In this document: in pieces, positions 17,726 through 27,173 of the stretch
Layout: each line of letters begins with the position of its first letter
Numbering within the stretch: the stretch's first letter is position 1
Origin: Nanobdellota archaeon
GTDB taxonomy: Archaea > Nanobdellota > Nanobdellia > Parvarchaeales > Parvarchaeaceae
Length of the DNA: 64,000 nucleotides
Reading direction: 5' to 3'
NCBI GenBank assembly: GCA_021794235.1
Contig: JAJYRE010000004.1
Span: 10,920-74,919 of the forward strand
Made by a program: the position numbers and the translations under genes
Notes under the pieces: model-generated
What the model was told of the DNA's origin: nothing
Database searches by the model: none
The model's input: only the letters and a program-made list of their open reading frames with translations

Positions 17726-18528
17726 ATGGAAAGCATAGACGATTTGTTAAATCTAAAGGGAAAGACCGCTATTGTGACAGGCGGCGGAATAGGCATAGGC
17801 ATGGGAATATCCTACCGTCTTGCTGAGGCGGGTGCAAATGTAGTAATAGCCGCGAGGAAAGAGGAAGAAGGGACAAAAGCCGCGGAAGAACTTTCTAAGA
17901 AAGGATTCAGAGTCACCGCAATAAAGACGGATGTATCCGTAGAAGCAGATGTTAAAAATCTTATTAACAAGACAGTTGAGAAGTATGGATCTATAGATAT
18001 ACTCGTGAACAATGCAGGGATATACCCGTCAATACCTGTTATGAGCATGTCGAAAGAGCAGTTTGATGAGGTCTAGACATAAATCTGGACGGGGTTTTCC
18101 TGTGTACAAAATACGCGAGTGAGCAGATGATAAAGAGAGGAAATGGCGGCAAGATAATAAACATAACATCTATAGACGCACTTCATCCTTCATTCATAGG
18201 CCTTGCTCACTACGACGCTTCTAAGCACGGGATCTGGGGTTTTACAAAGAACGTCGCCCTTGAACTGGCGCCTCACAATATATGGGTGAATGCAATCGCA
18301 CCCGGCGGAATACTGACACCCGGCGTTGAGAAGCTGCAGCGGAGCATGACTCTTCCCGCGGGCGTGGACATGAAGACGATGCTAGACTCATTTATGACAA
18401 AGATCCCCATGAGTCGTCTTGGCGACCCGGACGACATAGGAAAAGTTGCTTTGTTCTTAGCGTCCGATATGTCTTCCTACATGACGGGTACCCAGATAGT
18501 CGTAGACGGAGGCGTTCTGCTGGGGTAA
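17726..18528 (+). pseudogene. Short-chain dehydrogenase/reductase (SDR) interrupted by a 1-nt frameshift near 18070-18073
   Basis: ORF 17726-18076 carries TGGGIGIG and NNAG. ORF 18127-18528 carries S..YDASKHG (YxxxK) and PGGILTP. Reading cta gac ata aat ctg gac... from 18073 restores ..DEV|LDINLDGVFLCTKYASEQMIKRG across the gap. Confidence 0.8.
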
Positions 18529-18536
18529 TCCGCGGC

Positions 18537-21422
18537 TTATACCGTGCGGTTCATTCTTAGAGAGGTTATGAAAACTGCCATGAGTATTATTGCTATTATC
18601 AGCGCTATCATAATCGCATAAAGTTCGTACCTAGGTTCGAATTCCGTACTTATATGTATGCACGATGTTGAGTGCGAGTAATTTATCGTAAACACGGAAC
18701 CAGCATCCAAAGTTCTGTTAAAACCGATCGGCATATTCACGGGCGTGTATGTCGTAGTGCACAGGCTGCCGTCGGCGATGGTCGCATTAGAGAGCGAATA
18801 CACTTTCAAGTGGTATGCACCATAAGTAGGCGTGTAGAATTTTATGTAATTCGGGACTATAGCGGAGATGGTCTTGTTGTAGAATGTCGCATTATATGTG
18901 TAACCCTCTGGCAGACCGGTCGCATTTACAATAGTCAATATCTTAACAGCGGGAGGTGTAGCATTTCCACTAGTATTGAATCTTATTCCATACAGGGACA
19001 TTTTTCTTGCGATAGACGCGAATTCTATCATCCCGTTTATCTCGCGTATCTTTGTGGTGTTGAGCTGTACCCAATGCAGAGTACTCTTGTTACACCTGTA
19101 CATAACCACAGTCTCCGGAGTGGAGTTGTGGCTTATTATAAACGAAGAGTTTAGCTCGAAATTATACGTTACGTTGTTTATTAATGATGGTTCATCAAGA
19201 AAGTCTGTTGTGTTAAAGAATATGAAAGCATTGTTTAATGCTTCGGATCCGCATGTAGTCGACTTTGGCTGTCTTAACTCTATTGTTGGCACTGGCATGT
19301 AAGCACTTGATGCAAAAGCAATGCTTGTTATCCCAAAAACGTTGTTGGGCAGCGGTACAAATGCATAATTGCTGGGCGGAATGCTGTCTGTGGTGATTCG
19401 TATGAAAGAGGTGTTGTAATAGTATAAAAACCAGTACATTGTGGTCATCGCACCGCCCAGTTGTTTTACTGGCACCTCTATTCTGATGGGGAATGTTTTA
19501 GGCGGCGATGGTTGCGGTGTTGGAGTTATAGTAGTGGCATTTTGCGTTAGCGATACAGACAGGTATTTTGCGGCTGGCACATAGTTTATGTTTCCCAGTG
19601 TGTAAAAATCAAAATCGTAGAGAGTTTGTTTAGTCAAATTATAGTAGAAGGTAGTATTTGTGCTTCCAACCTTCGTACCGTTTAGGTATATTTCTCCAGC
19701 TATCTGGTTGTCTATTGAAGATATATTGAATAGAAGGGTTCTCAATACACCGGTGTAATTAAAGTTGAGCACATCTATGTTCAGGCTGGCGTATAGTTTG
19801 GTTATATTAACCCCTATAACCGACGAATTTATGGAAGAATAATTTCTGTTGCCGTTTAACTTCGTGTAGAAGTGATAGTAGCCGGCGTTCATATACGCAT
19901 TCGGGAGGCCGGAAAAGTTATATGTATACCTACCATGGGAAAGATTATACATTAAACCCGTGTAGTGTGTTCCATTGTACAATGATAGTGTTAGGCCAGT
20001 CTGGTTCCCCAGATTGGGGCCAGATATCTGCACATCTATTCTAGGTGCTGTTTTGTTGTACGGATAACTTGCATTCGGGAGGACGGTCAGATTTTGTTTT
20101 AACACAGCTTTGCTTATCACAACAGTTTTTGCTAGTGACAGCGAGGAGTAGTTTCTGTTACCAGTGGTATTCATCCAGACAGCATAGCTTCCGGCGGTGG
20201 CATTAAGGTACGATGCCAATATCTTCGTGTATGACGTGTTTTTCCCGTTGACATACATAGTTGCTGACAGTTGGCTGTTAAACGTGTTTATTATAGCAGT
20301 AATGTTTTGCAGGCTCCCGTTGTACACTAGTCCGGGGTACTTCACCCCTATCATCATGTACGGCGCAGTCTTCGTTATATTCACAGTCAACGGTGCGGAT
20401 TCGTTTACACTATAATTTTCATTACCGCTGCTGTTCGCAGTGTAGGAATACAGTCCAGACGCCGCATATCTTCCGGTTAGGGGCGAGAATTTAAAACTGT
20501 TCGTGCTAAGGCTGCTTGAAGCGGTTGAACCCGTCGGTACGGAATTATTATTTAGGCCAAAGGCCAACCTGGTTTGTCCCGGTACTAGGATAGTGTTTGA
20601 TGATACTGTATCGGTTATCACCGGCGAAGACCCATTGTAGTGGAAAGGTGAAGCGGGATTGGATGACAGTATCTGGGTTATCGTTGCTTTGTATATCCTC
20701 TTTTCTTTAGAAAGTGAACGTGCGGTGTAATTCTGGTTCCCGCTTGTATTGAATACCACCACATACAGTCCAGCTGTTGCATTGGAGTATGTGTACGAAG
20801 ATACTAGTGATGTTACTAGCTTTCCATTGTTGTAAACCCCACCGAACAGCTGGTTATTTATCGTTGATATCACCGTATCAAATCTTAAAGGAGTTCCATT
20901 ATAGGTGAAGTTTCCGGGCGGGCTGGATGTAAGCGTCATGTAAGGACTGGCTTTGGTAATATTGACAGTAATCACTGGCGATGTAGTGACGGAATAGTTC
21001 TGGTTTCCTCCGGAGACTGATGAGTATTTGTAGTCTCCGGCACCGCCATATATCCCGCTAAGCGCCGGAAAAGTGAAGCTGCTTGTGTTCAGCGTGCTCG
21101 TCTTTGCAGAGCCGGTAGACGCACTGTTGTTATAGAGATCGAATGAAAGGCCAATTTGCCCTGGAATCAGAGTTCCAGACAGAGTATCCGTAATAACAGG
21201 CGTAGTATTGTTATACACATAGCTTCCGGACGGGAGAGATGTTAGTGTCTGTGTAAGTGTTGCTTTTGAGATTTTAGCAATAAGCTTCTTTGAGCCTACG
21301 GTATAGTTTTGGTTTGATGTCGTGTTAAACCATGCAACATAAGTGTTTGCCGTGGCGTTCGTGTATGGTGATGTTTTTGCCGTATTGTTTATGTACAGCG
21401 TTCCCGTTACCTGACTGTTCAC
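18537..21422 (-). CDS. Large sequon-rich surface protein with tandem Ig/MBG-like repeats and a C-terminal TM anchor (downstream part of a split gene)
   Basis: 961 aa. Alternating ~90-aa repeat types recur: ..ITKA.PYMTLT..PGNFTYNGT..NNQL.G.VY.NG...NATAG.Y...FNT.GNQNYT.. and ..KATLTQ.L.S.P...Y.YN...PVITDT.SG..PGQ..L.F.L.NNS... C-terminal TM AIMIALIIAIILMAVFI. The track start is a GTG, and the frame stays open upstream of it. Confidence 0.65.
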   Translation of the reverse strand: MNSQVTGTLYINNTAKTSPYTNATANTYVAWFNTTSNQNYTVGSKKLIAKISKATLTQTLTSLPSGSYVYNNTTPVITDTLSGTLIPGQIGLSFDLYNNSASTGSAKTSTLNTSSFTFPALSGIYGGAGDYKYSSVSGGNQNYSVTTSPVITVNITKASPYMTLTSSPPGNFTYNGTPLRFDTVISTINNQLFGGVYNNGKLVTSLVSSYTYSNATAGLYVVVFNTSGNQNYTARSLSKEKRIYKATITQILSSNPASPFHYNGSSPVITDTVSSNTILVPGQTRLAFGLNNNSVPTGSTASSSLSTNSFKFSPLTGRYAASGLYSYTANSSGNENYSVNESAPLTVNITKTAPYMMIGVKYPGLVYNGSLQNITAIINTFNSQLSATMYVNGKNTSYTKILASYLNATAGSYAVWMNTTGNRNYSSLSLAKTVVISKAVLKQNLTVLPNASYPYNKTAPRIDVQISGPNLGNQTGLTLSLYNGTHYTGLMYNLSHGRYTYNFSGLPNAYMNAGYYHFYTKLNGNRNYSSINSSVIGVNITKLYASLNIDVLNFNYTGVLRTLLFNISSIDNQIAGEIYLNGTKVGSTNTTFYYNLTKQTLYDFDFYTLGNINYVPAAKYLSVSLTQNATTITPTPQPSPPKTFPIRIEVPVKQLGGAMTTMYWFLYYYNTSFIRITTDSIPPSNYAFVPLPNNVFGITSIAFASSAYMPVPTIELRQPKSTTCGSEALNNAFIFFNTTDFLDEPSLINNVTYNFELNSSFIISHNSTPETVVMYRCNKSTLHWVQLNTTKIREINGMIEFASIARKMSLYGIRFNTSGNATPPAVKILTIVNATGLPEGYTYNATFYNKTISAIVPNYIKFYTPTYGAYHLKVYSLSNATIADGSLCTTTYTPVNMPIGFNRTLDAGSVFTINYSHSTSCIHISTEFEPRYELYAIMIALIIAIILMAVFITSLRMNRTV

Positions 21423-22018
21423 CGAGGTGACGAACCTGTTATGGTATCATGTGTTCCATTATAGGTAAAATTACCCGGTTTAGCGGTAAGTGTTATCGTG
21501 GGTGTAGCCTTATTTATTATCTGTTGTCTTACGATTGCACAGTTGCTTGAACCACCGCTAGAATTAGCCGTAACTATATACTTATTTGCGCTTCTAAGGA
21601 GAATGTTATTCAGCGTTGTGGAACCTGTGGGATTGGTACTAGTAGTGGATGTAGCCACCAATGTCCCATTAACATATAATCTGTATGTGAACGCAGGAGC
21701 GGCTGGACCCTTTCCACTAGTGGTCGCTGTGAAAACAGCAGTGTAGTTTGATGTCGTACCGTAGGTTATCGTAGAGTTAGTTGTCTGGCTATTCAGATAA
21801 AGTACAACAGTGCACGAGGAGGTCTCGGCGAAAGTTGCAATATTCCCAAATGCACCTTGATTCGGTTGATATCCGTTCGACGGCTGCTGTATCGCAACCC
21901 CTCCATACAGAATAATAGCCGTTATGGCCATCGAAATCGATATTATTGCAAGTAGAACAGCTATCTGAATCGTTCTCGACCTCGCATCGTCGCTTGAGTT
22001 AGGTCTCTTAGATCCCAT
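21419..22018 (-). CDS. N-terminal part of the same surface protein (signal/anchor helix plus first repeat)
   Basis: 199 aa. N-terminus ..DDARSRTIQIAVLLAIISISMAITAIIL. It ends inside a repeat unit (KATPTITLTAKPGNFTYNGTHDTITG...) that continues in the next ORF in another frame. Confidence 0.6.
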   Translation of the reverse strand: MGSKRPNSSDDARSRTIQIAVLLAIISISMAITAIILYGGVAIQQPSNGYQPNQGAFGNIATFAETSSCTVVLYLNSQTTNSTITYGTTSNYTAVFTATTSGKGPAAPAFTYRLYVNGTLVATSTTSTNPTGSTTLNNILLRSANKYIVTANSSGGSSNCAIVRQQIINKATPTITLTAKPGNFTYNGTHDTITGSSPR

Positions 22019-22259
22019 TATACCTATTTATACAATGTGTTTATGCCGTTTCTCAATTAAAGCATTTATAAAGCATTTTTCCACGTTTTATACGGTAATC
22101 CCTATTTATGGCATATTGCTTTAGAAAGAGCAAAAACACTCGTAATGAGTACTATCCACCGTCGGTGCAATCCTGCAGGAATTCGTTGATATATCCGTAA
22201 TATTCAATGCCTTGAGGGTAAAGTAGAGATTTTAATCTATTAACCTATATTATCTCTAT

Positions 22260-22895
22260 ATGTTCCATGACAGAGTGGATGCCGGAAAGAAGCTCGCATC
22301 ACTTCTGGCAAAGTACAAGGGGAAAGACTGCGTTGTTCTGGCGATACCGAGAGGAGGCGTCGTGATAGCGGATGAGATATGCAAAGTCACGGGCTTCAGG
22401 CTAGGATTGCTTATAAACAAGAAGATTAGCGCACCATATGAGGAGGAGATGGCGATAGGTTCGGTAGCTGAAGATGGGACAGCGGTTTTTGATGAGCGTG
22501 TAATCTCGGAAATGAGGATACAGGAGGATTACATCGAGAAAGAAAAAGAAGAGAAAATGAAGGAGATACGCAGACGGTCTAGAGTCTACATGGAAGACAG
22601 GCTGGAGAAGAACGTAGAGGGTAGGATAGCAATAATAGTCGATGACGGGGTCGCTACGGGGCTGTCGATGCTGTGCGCTATAAGGTACATAATGAAAAAG
22701 AAACCGGCGAAGGTCGTAGTGGCAGTCGCCGTGGCACCAAAAGATTCCGTTGAGGAATTGAAGAAGGAAGCCGATGACGTCATCGTTATCGAGACTCCGG
22801 AAACCCTCTATGCAATAGGGGAATACTACGATAATTTCGAGCAGCTAGAGGACGATCAGGTCGTAAAGATACTTAATAACTATGTGAGAAAGTAG
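22260..22895 (+). CDS. Phosphoribosyltransferase-family protein
   Basis: 211 aa. FHDRVDAGKKLA...VVLAIPRGGVVIADEI and the PRPP loop IAIIVDDGVATGLSM. Confidence 0.75.
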   Translation: MFHDRVDAGKKLASLLAKYKGKDCVVLAIPRGGVVIADEICKVTGFRLGLLINKKISAPYEEEMAIGSVAEDGTAVFDERVISEMRIQEDYIEKEKEEKMKEIRRRSRVYMEDRLEKNVEGRIAIIVDDGVATGLSMLCAIRYIMKKKPAKVVVAVAVAPKDSVEELKKEADDVIVIETPETLYAIGEYYDNFEQLEDDQVVKILNNYVRK

Positions 22896-22947
22896 TCGTT
22901 TCTTATCATCAGGAAAATCTTAAAAGTATCTACTGACAGTCATAATC

Positions 22948-23562
22948 ATGGTAAAGATAGCAATTCTTGGAACAGGTAATGTAGGTAAAGCCCTCTTCGG
23001 GGGAATAAAAAACGGGTCAAACGAGGTAAAATTCGGTTCTAGGGATCCTTCAAAATCAAAAGCACCCGAAGGCGCAGAAGTTGTAACGATGAAGGAGGCA
23101 GTTCAGTGGGCTGAAGTAATAATATTCGCTGTGCCGCATCATTCTACTTCCGAGACTATAAATTCTATAGGTGGAGACAACTTTAATGACAAGATAGCCA
23201 TAGATGTGACAAATGCTCTAAACGAGAAATGGGAATTAGCCATGGGCTTTGACACATCTGCAGCGGAAGAGATGCAGAAACTGATACCCGGCGCAAAGGT
23301 TGTAAAAGCTTTCAACTACGTTTTTGCAGAAAATATGTCAAATGGTAAAGTGGGCGAAGGCTCACTGACGCTGTTCGTAGCATCTGATGATGGCCGCGCG
23401 AAAGAAGTGGTGATGAAGATAGGAAACGAGATTGGATTTGAATCCGTCGACGCCGGACCACTTAAATCGGCAAGATACTTAGAGCCGCTGGGAATGCTGC
23501 TTATAGGGCTTGGAATGAACCAGAAACTAGGCACGAAGATAGGATTCAAACTTCTCAAATAA
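22948..23562 (+). CDS. NADP oxidoreductase, F420-dependent family (NpdG-like Rossmann protein)
   Basis: 204 aa. MVKIAILGTGNVGKAL..G.EV.FGSRDP, then ..AVP......I......KI.IDVTN and KAFN. Confidence 0.7.
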   Translation: MVKIAILGTGNVGKALFGGIKNGSNEVKFGSRDPSKSKAPEGAEVVTMKEAVQWAEVIIFAVPHHSTSETINSIGGDNFNDKIAIDVTNALNEKWELAMGFDTSAAEEMQKLIPGAKVVKAFNYVFAENMSNGKVGEGSLTLFVASDDGRAKEVVMKIGNEIGFESVDAGPLKSARYLEPLGMLLIGLGMNQKLGTKIGFKLLK

Positions 23563-23573
23563 ATATTACCGAT

Positions 23574-23963
23574 ATGACCGAAACTGATATCTACAGAAGT
23601 AGGACGCCGCTGTTCTCCCTGAGTTTTATCAAAAACATTGCAGGCAATGTTGCAGCCGATAATGTGGACAGATGGGTAAACGGCTATGTCCCAAATCGCA
23701 CAGTGCAGCAGACAATTCCACTGACTAGTTTTCCTCCTATTATGGCAGTAAAGAAAAGGCAACTATCCGAAAGTGAGGTTAATGAAGGCACTTCGGTTCC
23801 TTTGACAAGACCGCAGATAGAATCCAAACTAGACGCCATCCTTGAAAAAGCGGAAAACATGGAAGGGTGGGCAGGCAGGAGATTTTCCAAATACCTATAT
23901 AATTTTTCCGTCGGGTACCTAAAGAACTACGGTATAGATACAAACAGGGAATACCTGCAGTGA
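23574..23963 (+). CDS. Hypothetical protein (start uncertain)
   Basis: ORF only. An internal ATG (MAVKKRQLSE...) is possible. No motifs. Confidence 0.3.
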   Translation: MTETDIYRSRTPLFSLSFIKNIAGNVAADNVDRWVNGYVPNRTVQQTIPLTSFPPIMAVKKRQLSESEVNEGTSVPLTRPQIESKLDAILEKAENMEGWAGRRFSKYLYNFSVGYLKNYGIDTNREYLQ

Positions 23964-24071
23964 GAGCAGAGTTTCATTCTATTTACCAAATGTAAATGTT
24001 TACGCATGTCATATTCAATTCAAGAATCGATAAAAACAGCGCTTCTTCAGCAGCGGTAAGATTCCCGCATC

Positions 24072-24566
24072 CTAACCATTAATAGTCATTTCTATACCAG
24101 TCTTATTATAAAGCATCTGGAGGAGCTCCATCATGTCCATGTCGTTGGAATCGTGACTGTACATGGTCAAGCCGGTGATGATGTCTTCTTTAAATGAGAA
24201 TCTGGGCTCTTTTCCTCCAAGATCTACCCTCATCAGGTATCTGGTGACCAATTTTAGTTCTGTCGGTCTATGGAATATGCCCTGTTTCCTCTTTATCACG
24301 TATTCTTTTCCGGAGTACGTTCTCTTAATCCTGTCATAGTAAGGATTTCTGCCGTGGTCATCATCATTTGCCACTAGCGGGAAATCTAGGTTTTGGAGAG
24401 GGGCCATCTTGCCGTATCCATCTTTTCCTATGTGTATCAATTCCTCGAATACCTTTCCTTTGTTGTTAGTTACTGTATACCCTAGCTCTTTGAAGGACCC
24501 TAAGAGAGCATTCTCGAATTTCTCCACTTCAAGCAGATAGTCAAGTTTTACGCTTTTGAAACTCAT
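24072..24566 (-). CDS. Hypothetical protein (orphan, AT-rich island)
   Basis: 164-aa ORF with a clean coding-like composition. No recognisable family. Confidence 0.45.
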   Translation of the reverse strand: MSFKSVKLDYLLEVEKFENALLGSFKELGYTVTNNKGKVFEELIHIGKDGYGKMAPLQNLDFPLVANDDDHGRNPYYDRIKRTYSGKEYVIKRKQGIFHRPTELKLVTRYLMRVDLGGKEPRFSFKEDIITGLTMYSHDSNDMDMMELLQMLYNKTGIEMTING

Positions 24567-24855
24567 ACTAAAATATTGCGGTTCGCATTTAAAACAGTTA
24601 TCCTATCCGTATCCATCATATTTTGTATAAACGGTAAGTAAATTCGTTCCATGTACTATTTTTTTAAATTAAAAAGATTTTTGCAATCTTGCTAAGATGG
24701 TTATTCTGCATCAGCTGCTACAAACAAGTGCGTGGAAGGCGTAATCTACACCATATACTCAGACATCTGGAAATTTTCCAACTTCTTTTCATTCGCCAAC
24801 GTTTATATACATGATGTCTTCTTATTTTATTTATTAAAATTTACGGAGGTAAACT

Positions 24856-25275
24856 ATGAAAATAAATCTTGCGAATATATTGAAAGACTCGGGAATCAAT
24901 CTTTCCTTCAAGGAAAGGACGGTCATCAATGGGGGAGGCTGGAGAGAGACTGTAGCTTTCATAGAGTCCATAGGTAAAGAAAACAAGACAATAGATACGG
25001 ATGCATTCGACAATAAACTATCGCTGGTGCTGAATTACAATAATATCAAGAGCTTCGGCTATGGTATCAACAGGCGAGAATTCATAAGGGAAAATAAATC
25101 TGAATACACGGAAGCTAATAGTTACCTTGAGAATGCTATGAAATGTGCGCTCAAATACGAGAGCAGCGCGGATCATAGCGCCCTGGAGACAAAAGTGAAC
25201 TCACTTCTTTACGAACCAAAGGACTATATGCTTGGCATGAGTCTGATGGAGTTGGATAAGACTTCTTTTAATTAG
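24856..25275 (+). CDS. Hypothetical protein (orphan, AT-rich island)
   Basis: 139-aa ORF preceded by a strong SD (acggaggtaaactATG). No recognisable family. Confidence 0.5.
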   Translation: MKINLANILKDSGINLSFKERTVINGGGWRETVAFIESIGKENKTIDTDAFDNKLSLVLNYNNIKSFGYGINRREFIRENKSEYTEANSYLENAMKCALKYESSADHSALETKVNSLLYEPKDYMLGMSLMELDKTSFN

Positions 25276-25354
25276 GTAGCTTTCTTAGAAGGATCTAAAG
25301 CTTAAATAGGATATGAGCTCTTAGAAATTTATAATTTAGTAGCAAAGGAAGATT

Positions 25355-25837
25355 ATGACAAATGATAAAAGTAAGTTGGCTGGTATTCTCTCTGATGTAA
25401 TACTGGAAAAAGCTTCTGAGATGGGAGTAGATTCGAAAACCAACGGCGACAAATCAAAAAAAGACGTCTTGAACCTTCAAGCCTGTGCTGTGGATAGGTT
25501 GTACGGGGAAATAGGCGAGAAAAGACTCTCAAATCTTGTTGAAAAATACGCCAGCGACAAGGATTTTTTCGCTAGGGTGTACTCGGGTTATTTCGCACTA
25601 ACATCAAACCGCAGAACTCTAAAGGCAGGAATGATGGCCTTGGGCTCTCTTATGGTTTTTGTATCATACGCGGCGGCATATGCGAACAACACAAAAGGCC
25701 TTCTTTATTCTTCCATAAAAAACATGGAGCATGCACTATACAAATCAGATTATGACTTTGCAAAGGTGAACTCTTTTCTAGAGAAACACAAAATCGATGA
25801 TTCTTATTGGAAAGAAGTCTCGGAAAGAAAAGCATAA
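25355..25837 (+). CDS. Hypothetical protein with one central hydrophobic helix (orphan, AT-rich island)
   Basis: 160-aa ORF with an SD-like aaggaag upstream. Central segment AGMMALGSLMVFVSYAAAYA. No recognisable family. Confidence 0.45.
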   Translation: MTNDKSKLAGILSDVILEKASEMGVDSKTNGDKSKKDVLNLQACAVDRLYGEIGEKRLSNLVEKYASDKDFFARVYSGYFALTSNRRTLKAGMMALGSLMVFVSYAAAYANNTKGLLYSSIKNMEHALYKSDYDFAKVNSFLEKHKIDDSYWKEVSERKA

Positions 25838-25938
25838 AACTGTCATTAATAAAAAGTGTGCGTAATTTTAATACTAAATGCAGTTCAATTTCTCGCAGGT
25901 GCTCTAAATTTGTGCTGTTTCTATTAGATAGTACTATT

Positions 25939-25977
25939 CCAAACAAGATTGCCCCCGCCGGGATTTGAACCCGGGTC
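25939..25977. repeat. 39-bp perfect direct repeat, copy 1 (28 nt of the tRNA-Glu 3' part plus 11 nt of 3' flank)
   Basis: ccaaacaagattgcccccgccgggatttgaacccgggtc is identical to 30855-30893. Confidence 0.95.
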
Positions 25978-26022
25978 TGCGACTCGAGAGGCCGCTGTCC
26001 TTGGCCTCTAGACTACGAGGGC
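25950..26022 (-). tRNA. tRNA-Glu(CUC)
   Basis: Reverse complement is GCCCTCG-TA-GTCT-AGAGGCCAA-GGAC-A-GCGGC-CTCTCGA-GTCGC-AGAC-CCGGG-TTCAAAT-CCCGG-CGGGGGC-A. The cloverleaf is clean, with one G-U in the acceptor. Confidence 0.9.
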
Positions 26023-26066
26023 TTAAGCATATTAGTAATGTTGCGGTTTAAATATAATATTATTGT

Positions 26067-27173
26067 ATGGATGGAAAATATCTTGCGGCTATAAGTACGA
26101 CAGTAGGAACCATAGTAGGCGGTGGTATATTAGGCCTGCCGTACGCCGTTTCGAAAACAGGCTTCTTCCCCGCATTGGGCCTTTTTGCTCTATTGGGTTT
26201 GGCATCCATCCTGATAACTATGTATACAGGAGAATTGTCTTCCAGATTCAAGCGTTTTCACCAGCTCCCTGTAATAGTAAGCGAGTACATGGGAAAGAGG
26301 TTTAGGGTACTGGTACTTGTAATTCAGATACTGACGATTTACGGTGCACAGATAGCATACCTATCCGGTATAGCATTAGTGTTCACACTGCTATTTGGTC
26401 TACCCTTTCAGATGGCAGTCCTTTTGATTTTCCTTCTGACTCTGCCAATAATCTATAAAGGCTATCGTGAGGTGGAAAACGTCGAAGTCCCACTTCTTTT
26501 CATAAAAATAGGGCTCATCCTCGCGTCAGCAATATCAGTCCTTATCCTACTAAATTTAAACAATTTCAGCCACATGAGCACAGCAAACTTTCTAAGTCCG
26601 TTTGGTGTGGTACTTTTCTCCCTTACGGGATATACTGTAATACCGGAGATTAAGGCGGAGCTTGGGGGAACGAAGAAACTGACAGAGGTAATACTAGTGT
26701 CTTTCGCAATAGCAATAGCAATATACCTTTTCTTTACGTTCGCGTTTATAGGAGCATTCGGAACCGGTGTTTCGCAGGTAGCAACAGAATCGATACACTC
26801 ATTTTACTATGATATACTATTTGCAGTGACGACCGTCTTCCTCCTGATAACCCCCTATCTTGCACTGAGCCTTGTGCTTATGGACTCATTCTCCTACGAC
26901 TTTAAGATGGACAGGAAACTGAGCATGCTGCCAGCACTGCTGATTCCGTTAATATTTGCCCTGATAAACCTGAATTTCGTTTATGTCCTTGAGCTTACAG
27001 GCGGAATATTCATTTCAATCCTGTCAGTGATAGTCCTGATTGCGGTGTACTTGGCAAGAAAGAAAGAGAAGACCAAACCAGCCTATTTAGTGCCAGGAAA
27101 CGGCTATCTAATACTGTTCACGGCAATTATTATGATATCCGGTCTCGTCTATACTCTTATAGAAGTACTATGA
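26067..27173 (+). CDS. Amino-acid permease (Aa_trans / Trp-Tyr permease-like)
   Basis: 368 aa, about 11 TM. The N-terminal TVGTIVGGGILGLPYAVSKTGF is typical of this transporter superfamily. Confidence 0.7.
   Translation: MDGKYLAAISTTVGTIVGGGILGLPYAVSKTGFFPALGLFALLGLASILITMYTGELSSRFKRFHQLPVIVSEYMGKRFRVLVLVIQILTIYGAQIAYLSGIALVFTLLFGLPFQMAVLLIFLLTLPIIYKGYREVENVEVPLLFIKIGLILASAISVLILLNLNNFSHMSTANFLSPFGVVLFSLTGYTVIPEIKAELGGTKKLTEVILVSFAIAIAIYLFFTFAFIGAFGTGVSQVATESIHSFYYDILFAVTTVFLLITPYLALSLVLMDSFSYDFKMDRKLSMLPALLIPLIFALINLNFVYVLELTGGIFISILSVIVLIAVYLARKKEKTKPAYLVPGNGYLILFTAIIMISGLVYTLIEVL

Noticed and set aside
18537-22018. Periodic repeats in the large surface-protein genes, considered as a possible CRISPR or tandem-repeat array
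   Set aside because: The repeats are about 270-nt protein-domain units, diverged at the nucleotide level, within continuous ORFs. There is no short direct-repeat/spacer architecture anywhere in the window, and no cas genes.
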